NCBI GenBank assembly: GCA_015711955.1
Contig: MU158684.1
Span: 11,815-75,814, forward strand
Direction: 5' to 3'
DNA length: 64,000 bases
DNA from: Actinomycetota bacterium
GTDB taxonomy: Bacteria > Actinomycetota > Geothermincolia > Geothermincolales > RBG-13-55-18
Below are positions 38,534 through 46,858 of this stretch, piece after piece (positions within the stretch are counted from its first letter, which is position 1; each line of letters opens with the position of its first letter). Position numbers and translations under genes: made by a program. The notes beneath the pieces are model-generated. The model searched no databases. It was not told the origin of the DNA and was given only the letters and a program-made list of their open reading frames with translations.

Positions 38534-39367
38534 TCAGCTGACGTCCACCGCTCGGGAAAGGCTCCTGATGACCCCCGCGATGGATGCCTCGTCTGGGAGG
38601 CGGATCTCCAGGGCGCCTTTTGGGCAATCGTAGACGCAAATTCCGCATCCTCGGCAGGCCTCGCTTATCTGTGCCCTGCCCTCCCCGACTCGGATGGCCC
38701 CGAACATGCATCGGTAGACACAAAGTCCGCACCCGTCGCATTCGTCGTTCCTCCTCACCTCCACGCCGGGCAGGCGGTGCAGCTTCCCGGATATCGAAGG
38801 GGATGCGAAAGGGGCGATCTTCCAAAGGCAGCAGCAAGGGCAGCAGAAACACATGGTCATGAGCCTGCTTCCCGGGCCGGTACCAAGCCACAAGGTGTCC
38901 AGCTTGTTTTTGCCCACCAACTGCACCAACCCCGCCTTTTTCGCCCATGCCAGGTGCTCGAGGGCCTCCTCCTTCGTGGCCGGGTGCCCCAGCTTGGGGT
39001 TTATGCCTCGGGCTCCCTCGCCCAAGAACAGGCACCCTATCTCGGATGGATAAACTGTGCAGCCCTCCGCCTCTCGACATACGCATGAGTTCATGATGAA
39101 CCGGTAACTGGACTTGTTCACGAAGTACTCGGCGATCCAAGCGGGAAGGACGGCAGCGCCTGACTGGGCGATGTCCTCGCCCACCTCCACCACGTTTCCT
39201 CGGGGGAGGTAACCTCGGGGGAGGTAATAGAGCTCGTCGCCCTCGAACATCAGGCGCTCCACCACCGCGCCCAGCACCGGATGTCGGGTTAGGGCGGCCA
39301 AGCGGAGCCTTTGGGGGAATAACTTTTTGATTATCTCCACCAAGATGAGCGGGGTAGCCAAGCACAC
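38534..39367 (-). CDS. Cys-rich Fe-S protein with C-terminal 2x[4Fe-4S] ferredoxin domain
   Basis: CDGCGLCVYRC and CRGCGICVYDCP, the unusual run MTMCFCCPCCCLWK, and CVCREAEGC are present. The upstream two-fifths of the track ORF is antisense to larB. The start is placed at GTG 39367 or TTG 39361 after AAGGGAGG. Confidence 0.65.
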   Translation of the reverse strand: MCLATPLILVEIIKKLFPQRLRLAALTRHPVLGAVVERLMFEGDELYYLPRGYLPRGNVVEVGEDIAQSGAAVLPAWIAEYFVNKSSYRFIMNSCVCREAEGCTVYPSEIGCLFLGEGARGINPKLGHPATKEEALEHLAWAKKAGLVQLVGKNKLDTLWLGTGPGSRLMTMCFCCPCCCLWKIAPFASPSISGKLHRLPGVEVRRNDECDGCGLCVYRCMFGAIRVGEGRAQISEACRGCGICVYDCPKGALEIRLPDEASIAGVIRSLSRAVDVS

Positions 39368-39417
39368 CCTCCCTTGCTGCCTCAACAAGATCGCCCTCAG
39401 GCCGGGATTTGTCGTAC

Positions 39418-40176
39418 TTATACCCGGCAGGCGGACTGGTTGATCAGGTGGGCGATGAAGCCGGCGCCGAAGCCGTTGTCGATGTTGACCACCGCGACCC
39501 CCGGGGCACAGGAATTGAGCATGGTGAGAAGGGGGGCCAGTCCGCCGAATTGGGCCCCATAGCCTACCGAGGTGGGCACGGCGATCACGGGACACGCCAC
39601 CAGTCCGCCCACCACGCTGGCCAAAGCCCCCTCCATGCCCGCCACCACCACTATGACGTTCGCCTTCTCCAGAGACGGCAGATGGGCCAACAGGCGGTGC
39701 ACCCCGGCCACCCCCACGTCGTACAACCTTTCCACCGCGTTGCCCGTGATCTCGCAAACGGCACATGCCTCTTCCGCCACGGGGATGTCGGCGGTACCGG
39801 CGCTCATGACGACCACCTTCCCCCGGGGCTCTTGCTTCTCCCTCCAGACCAAAATGGTTCGGGCCCTTTCCCGATACTCCGCCTGCGGGCAAATGTCCAT
39901 AATCCCTCGGTAGACCTCCGGTCCTGCCCTGGTGAGGATGAGGTTTCCCCGGGAATGGGTGAGCAGCTCTTTCAGGATGGCCCGGATCTCGTTCAGCTCT
40001 TTGCCCTGGCAGAACACCACCTCAGGTATGCCCTTTCGTATCTCCCGGTGGTGATCCACCTTGGCAAAATCCAGCTCTGCGTAGGGGAGGCGAACCAGCG
40101 TTTGTTCGGCCTCTTCCACGGAGATCTCGCCGCGCTTTATCTTTTCCAAGAGCGCACGGATCTCTTCCTTCTTCAT
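39418..40176 (-). CDS. larB: LarB-like (PurE-related) nickel-pincer cofactor biosynthesis carboxylase/hydrolase
   Basis: The N-terminal region is LDFAKVDHHREIRKGIPEVVF. The PurE-like region is VVVMSAGTADIPVAEEA...VVAGMEGALASVVGGL...VIAVPTSVGYG. ATG at 40176 after GAGGAGGGG. Confidence 0.8.
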   Translation of the reverse strand: MKKEEIRALLEKIKRGEISVEEAEQTLVRLPYAELDFAKVDHHREIRKGIPEVVFCQGKELNEIRAILKELLTHSRGNLILTRAGPEVYRGIMDICPQAEYRERARTILVWREKQEPRGKVVVMSAGTADIPVAEEACAVCEITGNAVERLYDVGVAGVHRLLAHLPSLEKANVIVVVAGMEGALASVVGGLVACPVIAVPTSVGYGAQFGGLAPLLTMLNSCAPGVAVVNIDNGFGAGFIAHLINQSACRV

Positions 40177-40532
40177 GAAACCCCTCCTCGCCCCCAATTG
40201 GTAATCCCGCAATGATCTATATGAGGAAGATTATAGGACAACGGAACAGGCGCTGGAACCGGGCTGCTGAACCAGCACGGATGAGGTGTTCCACCGCGGC
40301 AGGCTCGCGAGACTCTAAAAGGGCCCGCTCAACATCCAATATATGGTAAGGCACGATGTCGTGAGAATTGCAAGCCATCTGGTTATGAGCTCTGGCGTAG
40401 TTATTGCGGCGAGGGACGGAACACAGCTGTCCTGAGAGACGAAAGTTTGGGCATGGCGGCCAATTTAGGCAGAGCTAAACTCGCCACCCTCGGAAGACCG
40501 CCCGAAATGGTTTTCCACGGCGTTGTTATTTG

Positions 40533-40610
40533 AAAAAACGGGGGCAGCAGTGAAGCTCGCTTCAGAAAGGATTTTTTAAGAGGAAAGCCCTTTGCGCCCT
40601 GCAGCCCCCG
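40533..40610 (-). terminator. Long compound hairpin plus U-tract downstream of the RRM-protein gene
   Basis: On the minus strand CGGGGGCTGCAG ... CTGCTGCCCCCG (11 of 12 pairs) is followed by TTTTTT. The 48-nt loop holds an inner hairpin TGAAGC-GA-GCTTCA (minus-strand reading, plus-strand coordinates 40551-40564). Confidence 0.5.
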
Positions 40611-40626
40611 TTCCCGTCCTCCGCGA

Positions 40627-40899
40627 TTACCTCAAATCTCTCATTGAGCGGCTTTGCACCTTCGGTCTTGCTTGGTTGACCTTTATGAGCCTGCCCTCGA
40701 ACTCCTTGTTGTCCAGCTCCGCGATGGCAGTCCTGGCTTCGTCGTCATTGGGCATCTCCACGAAGCCGAAGCCACGGCTCCTGCCGGTCTCGCGGTCACG
40801 GATGATGTTGACATCTCCCACCTCTCCATAGGCCTCGAAAAGCCTACGGAGACCTTCCTCGGTGGATGCGTAGTTCAGGTTGCCGACGTAGATGTTCAT
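40627..40899 (-). CDS. RRM (RNP-1) type RNA-binding protein, 90 aa
   Basis: MNIYVGNL (RNP-2) and SRGFGFVEM (RNP-1) are present. ATG at 40899, with SD AAGGAG upstream. Confidence 0.85.
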   Translation of the reverse strand: MNIYVGNLNYASTEEGLRRLFEAYGEVGDVNIIRDRETGRSRGFGFVEMPNDDEARTAIAELDNKEFEGRLIKVNQARPKVQSRSMRDLR

Positions 40900-40985
40900 G
40901 GGCGCTAACTCATCTCCTTTCCGTCCGCTCCCCGCTCCTGCACCGAAACCAAACACGGGGAGGATGCCCCAAAAGCATCTCCCCA

Positions 40986-41014
40986 ATTGTAAACAATATG
41001 AGTCGATTTGGCAA
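40986..41014 (-). promoter_or_regulatory. Sigma-70-type promoter for the RRM-protein gene
   Basis: Minus strand reads TTGCCA-N17-TACAAT, followed by a leader hairpin GGGGAGATGC...GCATCCTCCCC. Confidence 0.5.
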
Positions 41015-41056
41015 AGGCGATTCCCCGAAATAGGCAAACCCTGAGCCTTTAGTTCG

Positions 41057-41278
41057 TCAAGGGCTTCCCAGTTGCCTGTGTCTGGATATGGGCCTGGGTA
41101 TCTCGCTCACCGGTTTCGAGCTGTCCTGATAGCATCCCCCTTTCTTTGAGGATTCTTGGATGCGACGCCTGATGGTCTTGTCCAGGAATTCCAAAGCGGC
41201 GGATCCGTCACCGTCTATGACAATCCTTTCCAGCTCCATCCTCTCTTCCTCGGTTATGGATATGACCCAGTTTTTCAT
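41057..41278 (-). CDS. Hypothetical small protein (73 aa)
   Basis: A good SD (GGAGGGAAAG) sits directly upstream of the ATG. The product begins MKNWVISITEEERMELERIVIDGDGSAALEFL... I recognise no family. Confidence 0.5.
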   Translation of the reverse strand: MKNWVISITEEERMELERIVIDGDGSAALEFLDKTIRRRIQESSKKGGCYQDSSKPVSEIPRPISRHRQLGSP

Positions 41279-41419
41279 CTTTCCCTCCGGTTCTCACTAA
41301 TGCCCTTATGGCCCCGCTGAGTCACGCAAGAGAATCATAAGCGTGAACCTTCCACAACATCTCGCTTTAATTGCATATTTTTATTTGCGACCATGATTTG
41401 GAAAATACCATTGGACAGA

Positions 41420-42313
41420 TCACATCAAACCTGAGCGTTGCAGCGTTTCCTTTACTTTCGTGGACATCCCTTCATCGATGGAGGGCAAGGGCTTTTTCAC
41501 CACGGTCTTCACTGGATGTCCCAAAAGCCGCAGAGCTTCCTTGATCATGGCGTGCGGTGACGGTGAAGCCAACAGAGGGGCTAAAGTTCTCACCTCATCC
41601 TGTAACTCCGATGCCTTTTTCCATTCTTCTGCCCGTAGGGCGCGGAACAGATCCACTGAGGTTTCGGGGATGATGTTAGGGATGGGGCATATTGCCCCAC
41701 ATGCCCCTACCGCCATGGCTTCCGTCAGGTTGAGGGTGGTTCCGGTCAGGGTACAGAACCCTTCGTCGGTCAGCTGGGCCAATCTGCCAATCTCTTCCAT
41801 GTCGAATATGGTTTCCTTCGCCCCGGTGATCCATCCCTCGGCTGCCATGGAAGCGATGGCCTCCGGGGATAGTTCGATGCCGGTATGGGATGGGAAGTTA
41901 TAGTAAAGAAGGGGGATTTTGGTGGAGGTGGCGAGCTCACGGTAAAAATCCAACACTTCCCTCTCGCTCAGAGGATAGAAACGATGCAGCGCCACCAGGG
42001 CAGCATCGGCGCCGGCTTTTTCGGCATGAATTGTCATCTCAAGGGCATCATCCAGACCTCTTTCGTTTATGCCCACCACGACGGGTACCCTACCCGCACA
42101 CGTCTCCACCACCATTTCCACGATCTTCTTGCGGTCTTCCTCTCTTATGTAGGGACATTCCCCATTGCTTCCCAGCACCAGGATCCCTTGGATCCCGCGA
42201 GATATGAGGAATTCGGCGAAGTAGGTCATTGCCCTTTCGTCCACCTCGCCGCCCTCGTCAAAGAATGAGGGTAGAACCGCCACTATCCCTTCGATTCTAA
42301 CTCTATCTCTCAC
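41420..42313 (-). CDS. Dihydrodipicolinate synthase (DapA)-family lyase, non-canonical member
   Basis: It has the TIM-barrel DapA pattern GILVLGSNGECPY...PVVVGI...YYNFP...ITGAKET, with the Schiff-base Lys context. Confidence 0.8.
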   Translation of the reverse strand: MRDRVRIEGIVAVLPSFFDEGGEVDERAMTYFAEFLISRGIQGILVLGSNGECPYIREEDRKKIVEMVVETCAGRVPVVVGINERGLDDALEMTIHAEKAGADAALVALHRFYPLSEREVLDFYRELATSTKIPLLYYNFPSHTGIELSPEAIASMAAEGWITGAKETIFDMEEIGRLAQLTDEGFCTLTGTTLNLTEAMAVGACGAICPIPNIIPETSVDLFRALRAEEWKKASELQDEVRTLAPLLASPSPHAMIKEALRLLGHPVKTVVKKPLPSIDEGMSTKVKETLQRSGLM

Positions 42314-42598
42314 CGCGGGACCTCCCTTCCGTTAGTGCCTGAATGACCCGTATCGTTCGGGACGACGAGCGCCCTCTGGAATAGAATAAACCTGACTAGG
42401 GAAAGTAGCAGCTTTTGCGGGGGAGCCGTAGGTTTTCCGTGTCGCCCTATCGCGGGGTTGAATGGGCAGATCGGCGGCCCGTGCCGGACACGTACGGGCG
42501 GGCCATCCCCTAAGAGATGGCCTTGGGCCCATTTCTCTCTGAGTCGACATGGCCGTAGGTTCCAGGAGTGATCGCGGGGTCCTTGGAGGAGAAGAGGT

Positions 42599-43528
42599 GT
42601 GACGCGCCACGCATGTTCGCTTCCATCGGGGTTCAGTGGTAGCACGGAGGGCCTGCGCAGGATCGCCTTGGGCTTGGCCGTCAACCTGGCGTTTACCGCT
42701 TTCGAGCTTTTGGCCGGGTTTCTCTCCCGGAGCATGGCCCTCTTGGGGGATGCCGGTCACAACTTCGCTGATTCACTGGCGCTGGTGCTGGCCCTCACCG
42801 CCGCCTATGCGGCTTCCATGCCCAGGACGGAGAAAAGGACCTTCGGGTATCACCGGTTGGGCATATTGGCGGCCTTCTTCAACTCCCTCCTCGTCGCGGG
42901 CTTGAGCCTTTTGCTCCTCGTAGGGGCTTTGGGAAGGTTGCGGGAGCCACCGGAGGTGAGGAGCCTGGTGGTCATGGCGGTGGCCGGGGCGGGTTTTTTG
43001 GTCAATGGATCGGTGGCGCTTTACCTGAGAAGAGGAGGAGATGACCTCAACCTCGAGGCGGCTTTCCTCCATCTCTTCGCCGACTCACTCGTTTCGCTTG
43101 CCGTTTTCGCGGGGGGAGCGATCACGGCCGTCACCGGCTGGTGGATTGTGGATCCCGCGCTCACCATGGCCTTGGCCGTCTTGGTCATGATCGCCGCTTC
43201 ACGGATATTGAAGGAATCAGTCCACGTGCTCATGGAGTCTGTGCCGCGAGGCCTCAATTATAGAGAGGTTCTCCGGGCCCTCGAGGGAATCGAGGGGGTG
43301 AAGGGCGTCCATGACCTTCACATCTGGGAAGTGGGATCCCGCATTTTCTCCCTTTCCGCCCACCTTGTGGTGGAGGACGCCCCCTTGAGCGCCCACCGAG
43401 AGGTGATAGACGAAGCCAAGAGGATGTTGCGGGAAAAGTACCGAGTGGTGCACGCCACCCTGGAACTGGAATCAGAGCCCTGCAGTCCCGGGGAATGTAA
43501 TTTCGGGCTCGAGCCTGATGGGGATTGA
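42599..43528 (+). CDS. Cation diffusion facilitator (CzcD/ZitB-like) metal efflux transporter
   Basis: GDAGHNFADSLAL...FLHLFADSLVS (TM2/TM5 metal sites) are present, with a C-terminal cytoplasmic domain VHDLHIWE. Confidence 0.85.
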   Translation: MTRHACSLPSGFSGSTEGLRRIALGLAVNLAFTAFELLAGFLSRSMALLGDAGHNFADSLALVLALTAAYAASMPRTEKRTFGYHRLGILAAFFNSLLVAGLSLLLLVGALGRLREPPEVRSLVVMAVAGAGFLVNGSVALYLRRGGDDLNLEAAFLHLFADSLVSLAVFAGGAITAVTGWWIVDPALTMALAVLVMIAASRILKESVHVLMESVPRGLNYREVLRALEGIEGVKGVHDLHIWEVGSRIFSLSAHLVVEDAPLSAHREVIDEAKRMLREKYRVVHATLELESEPCSPGECNFGLEPDGD

Positions 43529-43743
43529 TTCAACCCAAGGCCTCACGCTGAGGTGAGGCTGCCGACCCCATGGAGGGAAGACCCCTTTCACGAACATGTC
43601 AGCTCAACGAACTCTAAGGGACGGTCCGACAAGCGGCCGATGGTTCATCCCTGAAGTAGGTTCCCGTCTTTTCTGGTTTGGTCGGGGGTAGCTCGCCGAA
43701 GGAGAATCGAGATGTCGTTTCGGCGCTGAAGCATCGTGGCGGC

Positions 43744-44832
43744 TCAAGAGATCACAAACCGCCTTTCTTTTTTCCTGACCTCTACGAAAAGATCGCCCCC
43801 TGCGTCGAGTTCCCACTCCACTTCCGAATCGAGATCGTAAGCTTTTTCGTAGCCTCCCTGGACCATACCGGCCAGCATAAGGTGGAGAGCGGGACTGGAT
43901 ACCCTCAAAAAGACGCCCTCTCTGCCTGCCCTGTATTCGAGCACTTCTCCCAGGCCTCGCAAGGCGAGCTGTTCCCGCACGCTCTTGTGGTCCGAGAGGT
44001 CGATGAACCTCAGGCCTTCCTTGGCGTTGCGTCTTTGGGCCTCCACCACTGCCCGGGGAATGGCCTCCCCCAATTCCCATTCCAGCGCCTGGAACACCGA
44101 GTCGAGCAGCCCCGGCCCCAGAAGGGCCATACGCCGTCCGGTCACGGTGTTCAGGATTATGCCGTTCTTGAGGTCCCATCGGTAACGTCGGTAGGCCTTC
44201 GGGGCTCCGCACGATGGGCAGCGAGGGAGGTTGACGTCTCCGCTGCGGGGAAAGTGGGCCTCCAGGCGGAGCCTTTCCTTGAGGACTTCGGGGTATCTAG
44301 TCCAGTAAGTGGTGAACTCGTAGAGTTTGGGCTCCACCTCATGGTAGCTCACAGAGTACTCCCCTCCTATCAGGCAGGCGATGACGCCGGCGAAGGCCCC
44401 GGCTGCCTCGAGGACCGAGAAAGGCCGGTATATGCGGATGGTGCAATAGTCGTCCTTTTTGCCTTCGTACTTGTAATCCAGGAAAGAGTATCTCCCGTAG
44501 CCGATGATATGGCAGAAATCGATTATGGGCATGGCCACCAGCGGTGGCTCCACCAGGCCTTCCCTGACGTTCTCCTTCACTTCCTCCGGTATCACGCTTT
44601 CCATGTAGAGCTGACATCCGCGAGCGGTGATGTTGACCACCAGATGATCGATGGGAAGGCCGGTGATCCTGCCGATGTGTTGGAAGAGGGGATCAATGAA
44701 CTCGCACTCCAGGAAAGCCACTCGCGCCCTTTCGTTCATGGACTGAACCATGGAGCCGTCCCGGAGCCAGCGGTGAGAGCGGGTGAAGGGCTCGGGAACT
44801 CCACATTCCCCGCACGTTCGGATCTCGTACAA
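43744..44832 (-). CDS. Hypothetical protein with an internally duplicated CxxCG + V4R-like module
   Basis: TTG start after GGAAGGGG. The halves begin CGECG...RW.RDG and CPSCG...RWDLKNG. The C-terminal LRGLGEVLEYRAGREGVFLRVSSP...AGMVQGGYE resembles V4R domains. Third-codon positions are G/C-biased on this strand, so the 444-aa plus-strand ORF is a shadow. Confidence 0.6.
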   Translation of the reverse strand: MYEIRTCGECGVPEPFTRSHRWLRDGSMVQSMNERARVAFLECEFIDPLFQHIGRITGLPIDHLVVNITARGCQLYMESVIPEEVKENVREGLVEPPLVAMPIIDFCHIIGYGRYSFLDYKYEGKKDDYCTIRIYRPFSVLEAAGAFAGVIACLIGGEYSVSYHEVEPKLYEFTTYWTRYPEVLKERLRLEAHFPRSGDVNLPRCPSCGAPKAYRRYRWDLKNGIILNTVTGRRMALLGPGLLDSVFQALEWELGEAIPRAVVEAQRRNAKEGLRFIDLSDHKSVREQLALRGLGEVLEYRAGREGVFLRVSSPALHLMLAGMVQGGYEKAYDLDSEVEWELDAGGDLFVEVRKKERRFVIS

Positions 44833-45096
44833 CGCCTACAACCCCTTCCTTGCCCCTTCTTCCCGTATTGTTTTCTCGGCCTTTTGGTTCGACAAGTTAA
44901 TCCCATACGAGTATTTTCCCCCAGGGAGTCGGGGTCGTGGGTTTATGGTGAAAAATGGTTCGCGTGCCTGGGGAAGGGCGGAGCCAGGCGTGAGTGGCTT
45001 AATGGTCGTTGAGATCAAGTACGTCCATACGTAAAGACCTCAAGACCGAGAGGCGCAGGGGCTCATCCGTTTTGCCGGCCGTGATTTTCCGCCGAC

Positions 45097-45121
45097 AAAA
45101 AAACCCCGGGAAATCCCGGGA
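45097..45121 (-). terminator. Intrinsic terminator after tRNA-Asn
   Basis: Minus strand TCCCGGG-at-TTCCCGGGG-type hairpin (CCCGGGA/TCCCGGG) followed by TTTTTTT. Confidence 0.6.
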
Positions 45122-45150
45122 TGAACAAAAAGAGCGAAAAAGAACGGTTT

Positions 45151-45225
45151 TGGCTCCCCGGGAGGGACTCGAACCCCCAACCTAGTGGTTAACAGCCACC
45201 CGCTCTACCATTGAGCTACCGGGGA
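45151..45225 (-). tRNA. tRNA-Asn (anticodon GUU), CCA encoded
   Basis: The reverse complement is TCCCCGGTAGCTCAATGGTAGAGCGGGTGGCTGTTAACCACTAGGTTGGGGGTTCGAGTCCCTCCCGGGGAGCCA. It has a 7-bp acceptor stem, a GTTCGAGTC T-loop and the anticodon loop CTGTTAA. Confidence 0.9.
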
Positions 45226-45272
45226 ACTCGCAAGTCGGCTCATCGGATCGGGTCCGAATTTGGCCGGTATGA

Positions 45273-45301
45273 ATTATATGATAACACCTTTCGCGCCTCA
45301 A
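45273..45301 (-). promoter_or_regulatory. Candidate promoter for tRNA-Asn
   Basis: Minus strand reads TTGAGG-N17-TATAAT about 45 nt upstream of the mature 5' end. Confidence 0.45.
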
Positions 45302-45631
45302 CACCCGGGATTAACTGTCTTTTTCGTTTCTTCCGGCAAACGCAGGACGATTCCGTTCGGCAAGCACGATCACCCTTTCTTCCTCTCGAGATTGCTTGTT
45401 TTTCCAGGGTGACGAGATGGGCTCTCGTCTTTTTCAGCCCGGAAAGCGCTTACCGAGACGCTACGGCATCCTGTCGCTCGGTAGGGCGGGCCTTGGTTAC
45501 AAGACCCTAGAGCCGACTTGTGCGGGCGAGGCGTGTTTATAATCGAGTGTGATCGAGTGTGACTAAATGACTCGGACGAGACGATAGGTCTAGCCCTTGG
45601 GACAATAAGGAGAGAGGCGGGGATCAAGACG

Positions 45632-46171
45632 GTGGGTTCCATCGGCCTTATCTGCTTCGGGTCCTTCGATTACCGGGAGCTGAGCTTTCTCCCTTCCCGT
45701 CTGCGGGAGTTGTTGGGGCTGAAGGCCCTCTGGGCGGGGCATGTACCCTTGCCAGGCTCAGCCTACCGGCGCGCTCGGGGTCAGTACTTGGCCTCTGGGT
45801 TGCTGGAGTCCCTCACGGCTATGGGTGGCGATCATCTGAAGCTGTTGGGATTGACCGAAGAGGACCTTTATGCCCCCGGGCTTAATTTCGTCTTCGGGCA
45901 GGCCCAGTGGGGAGGGAGGTGTGCCGTGGTTTCCCTGGCGCGGCTTCGCCCCACTTTCTACGGTCTGCCCCACCGGGAGCGGCTCTTTTGTTCCAGGACG
46001 GTGAAAGAGGCGGTGCACGAGCTCGGCCACACCTTCATGCTCCCCCATTGTCCCAACCCCTATTGCGTCATGTGTTTTTCCAATTGTCTCGAGGATACGG
46101 ATCGCAAGTCGGAGGAGTTCTGCGCCGAGTGCCGCGAAATCCTCGATCGAACGCTCCGGGGATTGCGCTGA
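45632..46171 (+). CDS. Archaemetzincin (peptidase M54) family zinc protease
   Basis: HELGHTFMLPHCPNPYCVMCFSN...FCAEC fits the HExxHxxGx3Cx4CxMx17CxxC signature. GTG start. Confidence 0.8.
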   Translation: MGSIGLICFGSFDYRELSFLPSRLRELLGLKALWAGHVPLPGSAYRRARGQYLASGLLESLTAMGGDHLKLLGLTEEDLYAPGLNFVFGQAQWGGRCAVVSLARLRPTFYGLPHRERLFCSRTVKEAVHELGHTFMLPHCPNPYCVMCFSNCLEDTDRKSEEFCAECREILDRTLRGLR

Positions 46172-46305
46172 GTAGGAGGTATCTCGCCTCCGGACCAGAA
46201 GGATGCGGCTCAAGGAGGCAAGGCAGGCGATTTACAGGCCAACCCCTCGGCGTGATCATGCGAGGTCAGATGGCCCGTGTGCCAGAGGGCTGGTAGAATA
46301 AACCC

Positions 46306-46851
46306 ATGAGACTCGAGGAGATAAGGGCCTGGACGGACGAGAACGCCAAGGCGATAGCGGATGTCCTTACCCTGATAAGGTTGGTTTGCGTCTTCCTCAT
46401 CTTGATTTGTGCCTTAACCACTTCCCGACACCTTCTTCCGCTGGTCATCTTGTTGACGCTTGTGGGATGGACCACCGATATATTGGACGGCAGGATGGCC
46501 CGTAGGGACAAGAGCGGGACCCGCACTTGGGTGGGGGACAACGACTTCGCGGTGGACATGGGCTTGATATATTCCGGTTTGGTTTATCTTATCTCCGCTC
46601 GCTTCCTTCCTTTCTGGCCCTTTTTGGTCTATGGGATCTACGCCGCCACTTGTGCCCTGATCTGGACCAAGAGGTCAGTGATGATGGGCCAAGCCGCTCC
46701 CATCGCGGCCGCCCCCATAGTGGTGGCCTTCGCGCACGAGCCTTTCTGGGGATGGGTTTTTCTTTGCTGGATAGCGGTGGCCCTCGCCCTGAATTGGAGG
46801 CGCTTCTTGGGCGTGGTGGGAGGCTTCATCAGCGACATGGAGAACGGGTGA
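46306..46851 (+). CDS. CDP-alcohol phosphatidyltransferase-family membrane protein
   Basis: DILDGRMARRDKSGTRTWVGDNDFAVD matches DGx2ARx8Gx3Dx3D. Several TM helices are present. Confidence 0.8.
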   Translation: MRLEEIRAWTDENAKAIADVLTLIRLVCVFLILICALTTSRHLLPLVILLTLVGWTTDILDGRMARRDKSGTRTWVGDNDFAVDMGLIYSGLVYLISARFLPFWPFLVYGIYAATCALIWTKRSVMMGQAAPIAAAPIVVAFAHEPFWGWVFLCWIAVALALNWRRFLGVVGGFISDMENG

Positions 46852-46858
46852 GGGGTGG

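Noticed and set aside
38445-39892. 306-aa ORF 38445..39365 and the N-terminal about 175 aa of ORF 38534..39892
   Set aside because: The former is an off-frame Arg/Gly/Pro-rich shadow of the Fe-S protein gene. The latter portion is antisense to or overlapping larB and is Arg/Gly-rich, so the Fe-S gene start was moved to 39367/39361.
40432-40446. CTGAGAG-AC-GAAAG resembling a hammerhead or TPP-riboswitch core
   Set aside because: The hammerhead core requires CUGANGA, so G8 is wrong here, and flanking helices are absent. No TPP pyrimidine-sensor helix or ACCUGAUCUGGAUAAUGC-type element is present.
42314-42598. Possible NiCo (czcD-motif) riboswitch in the 285-bp region upstream of the CDF transporter
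   Set aside because: There are local hairpins (for example GGCCATC...GATGGCC at about 42500-42521). I cannot reproduce the four-way-junction consensus from memory well enough to claim a match. A covariance-model scan is needed.
43678-45012. 444-aa plus-strand ORF
   Set aside because: It is antisense to the 362-aa CxxCG/V4R-like gene. The minus frame has G/C-biased third codon positions, an internal repeat structure and an SD. The plus frame has none of these.
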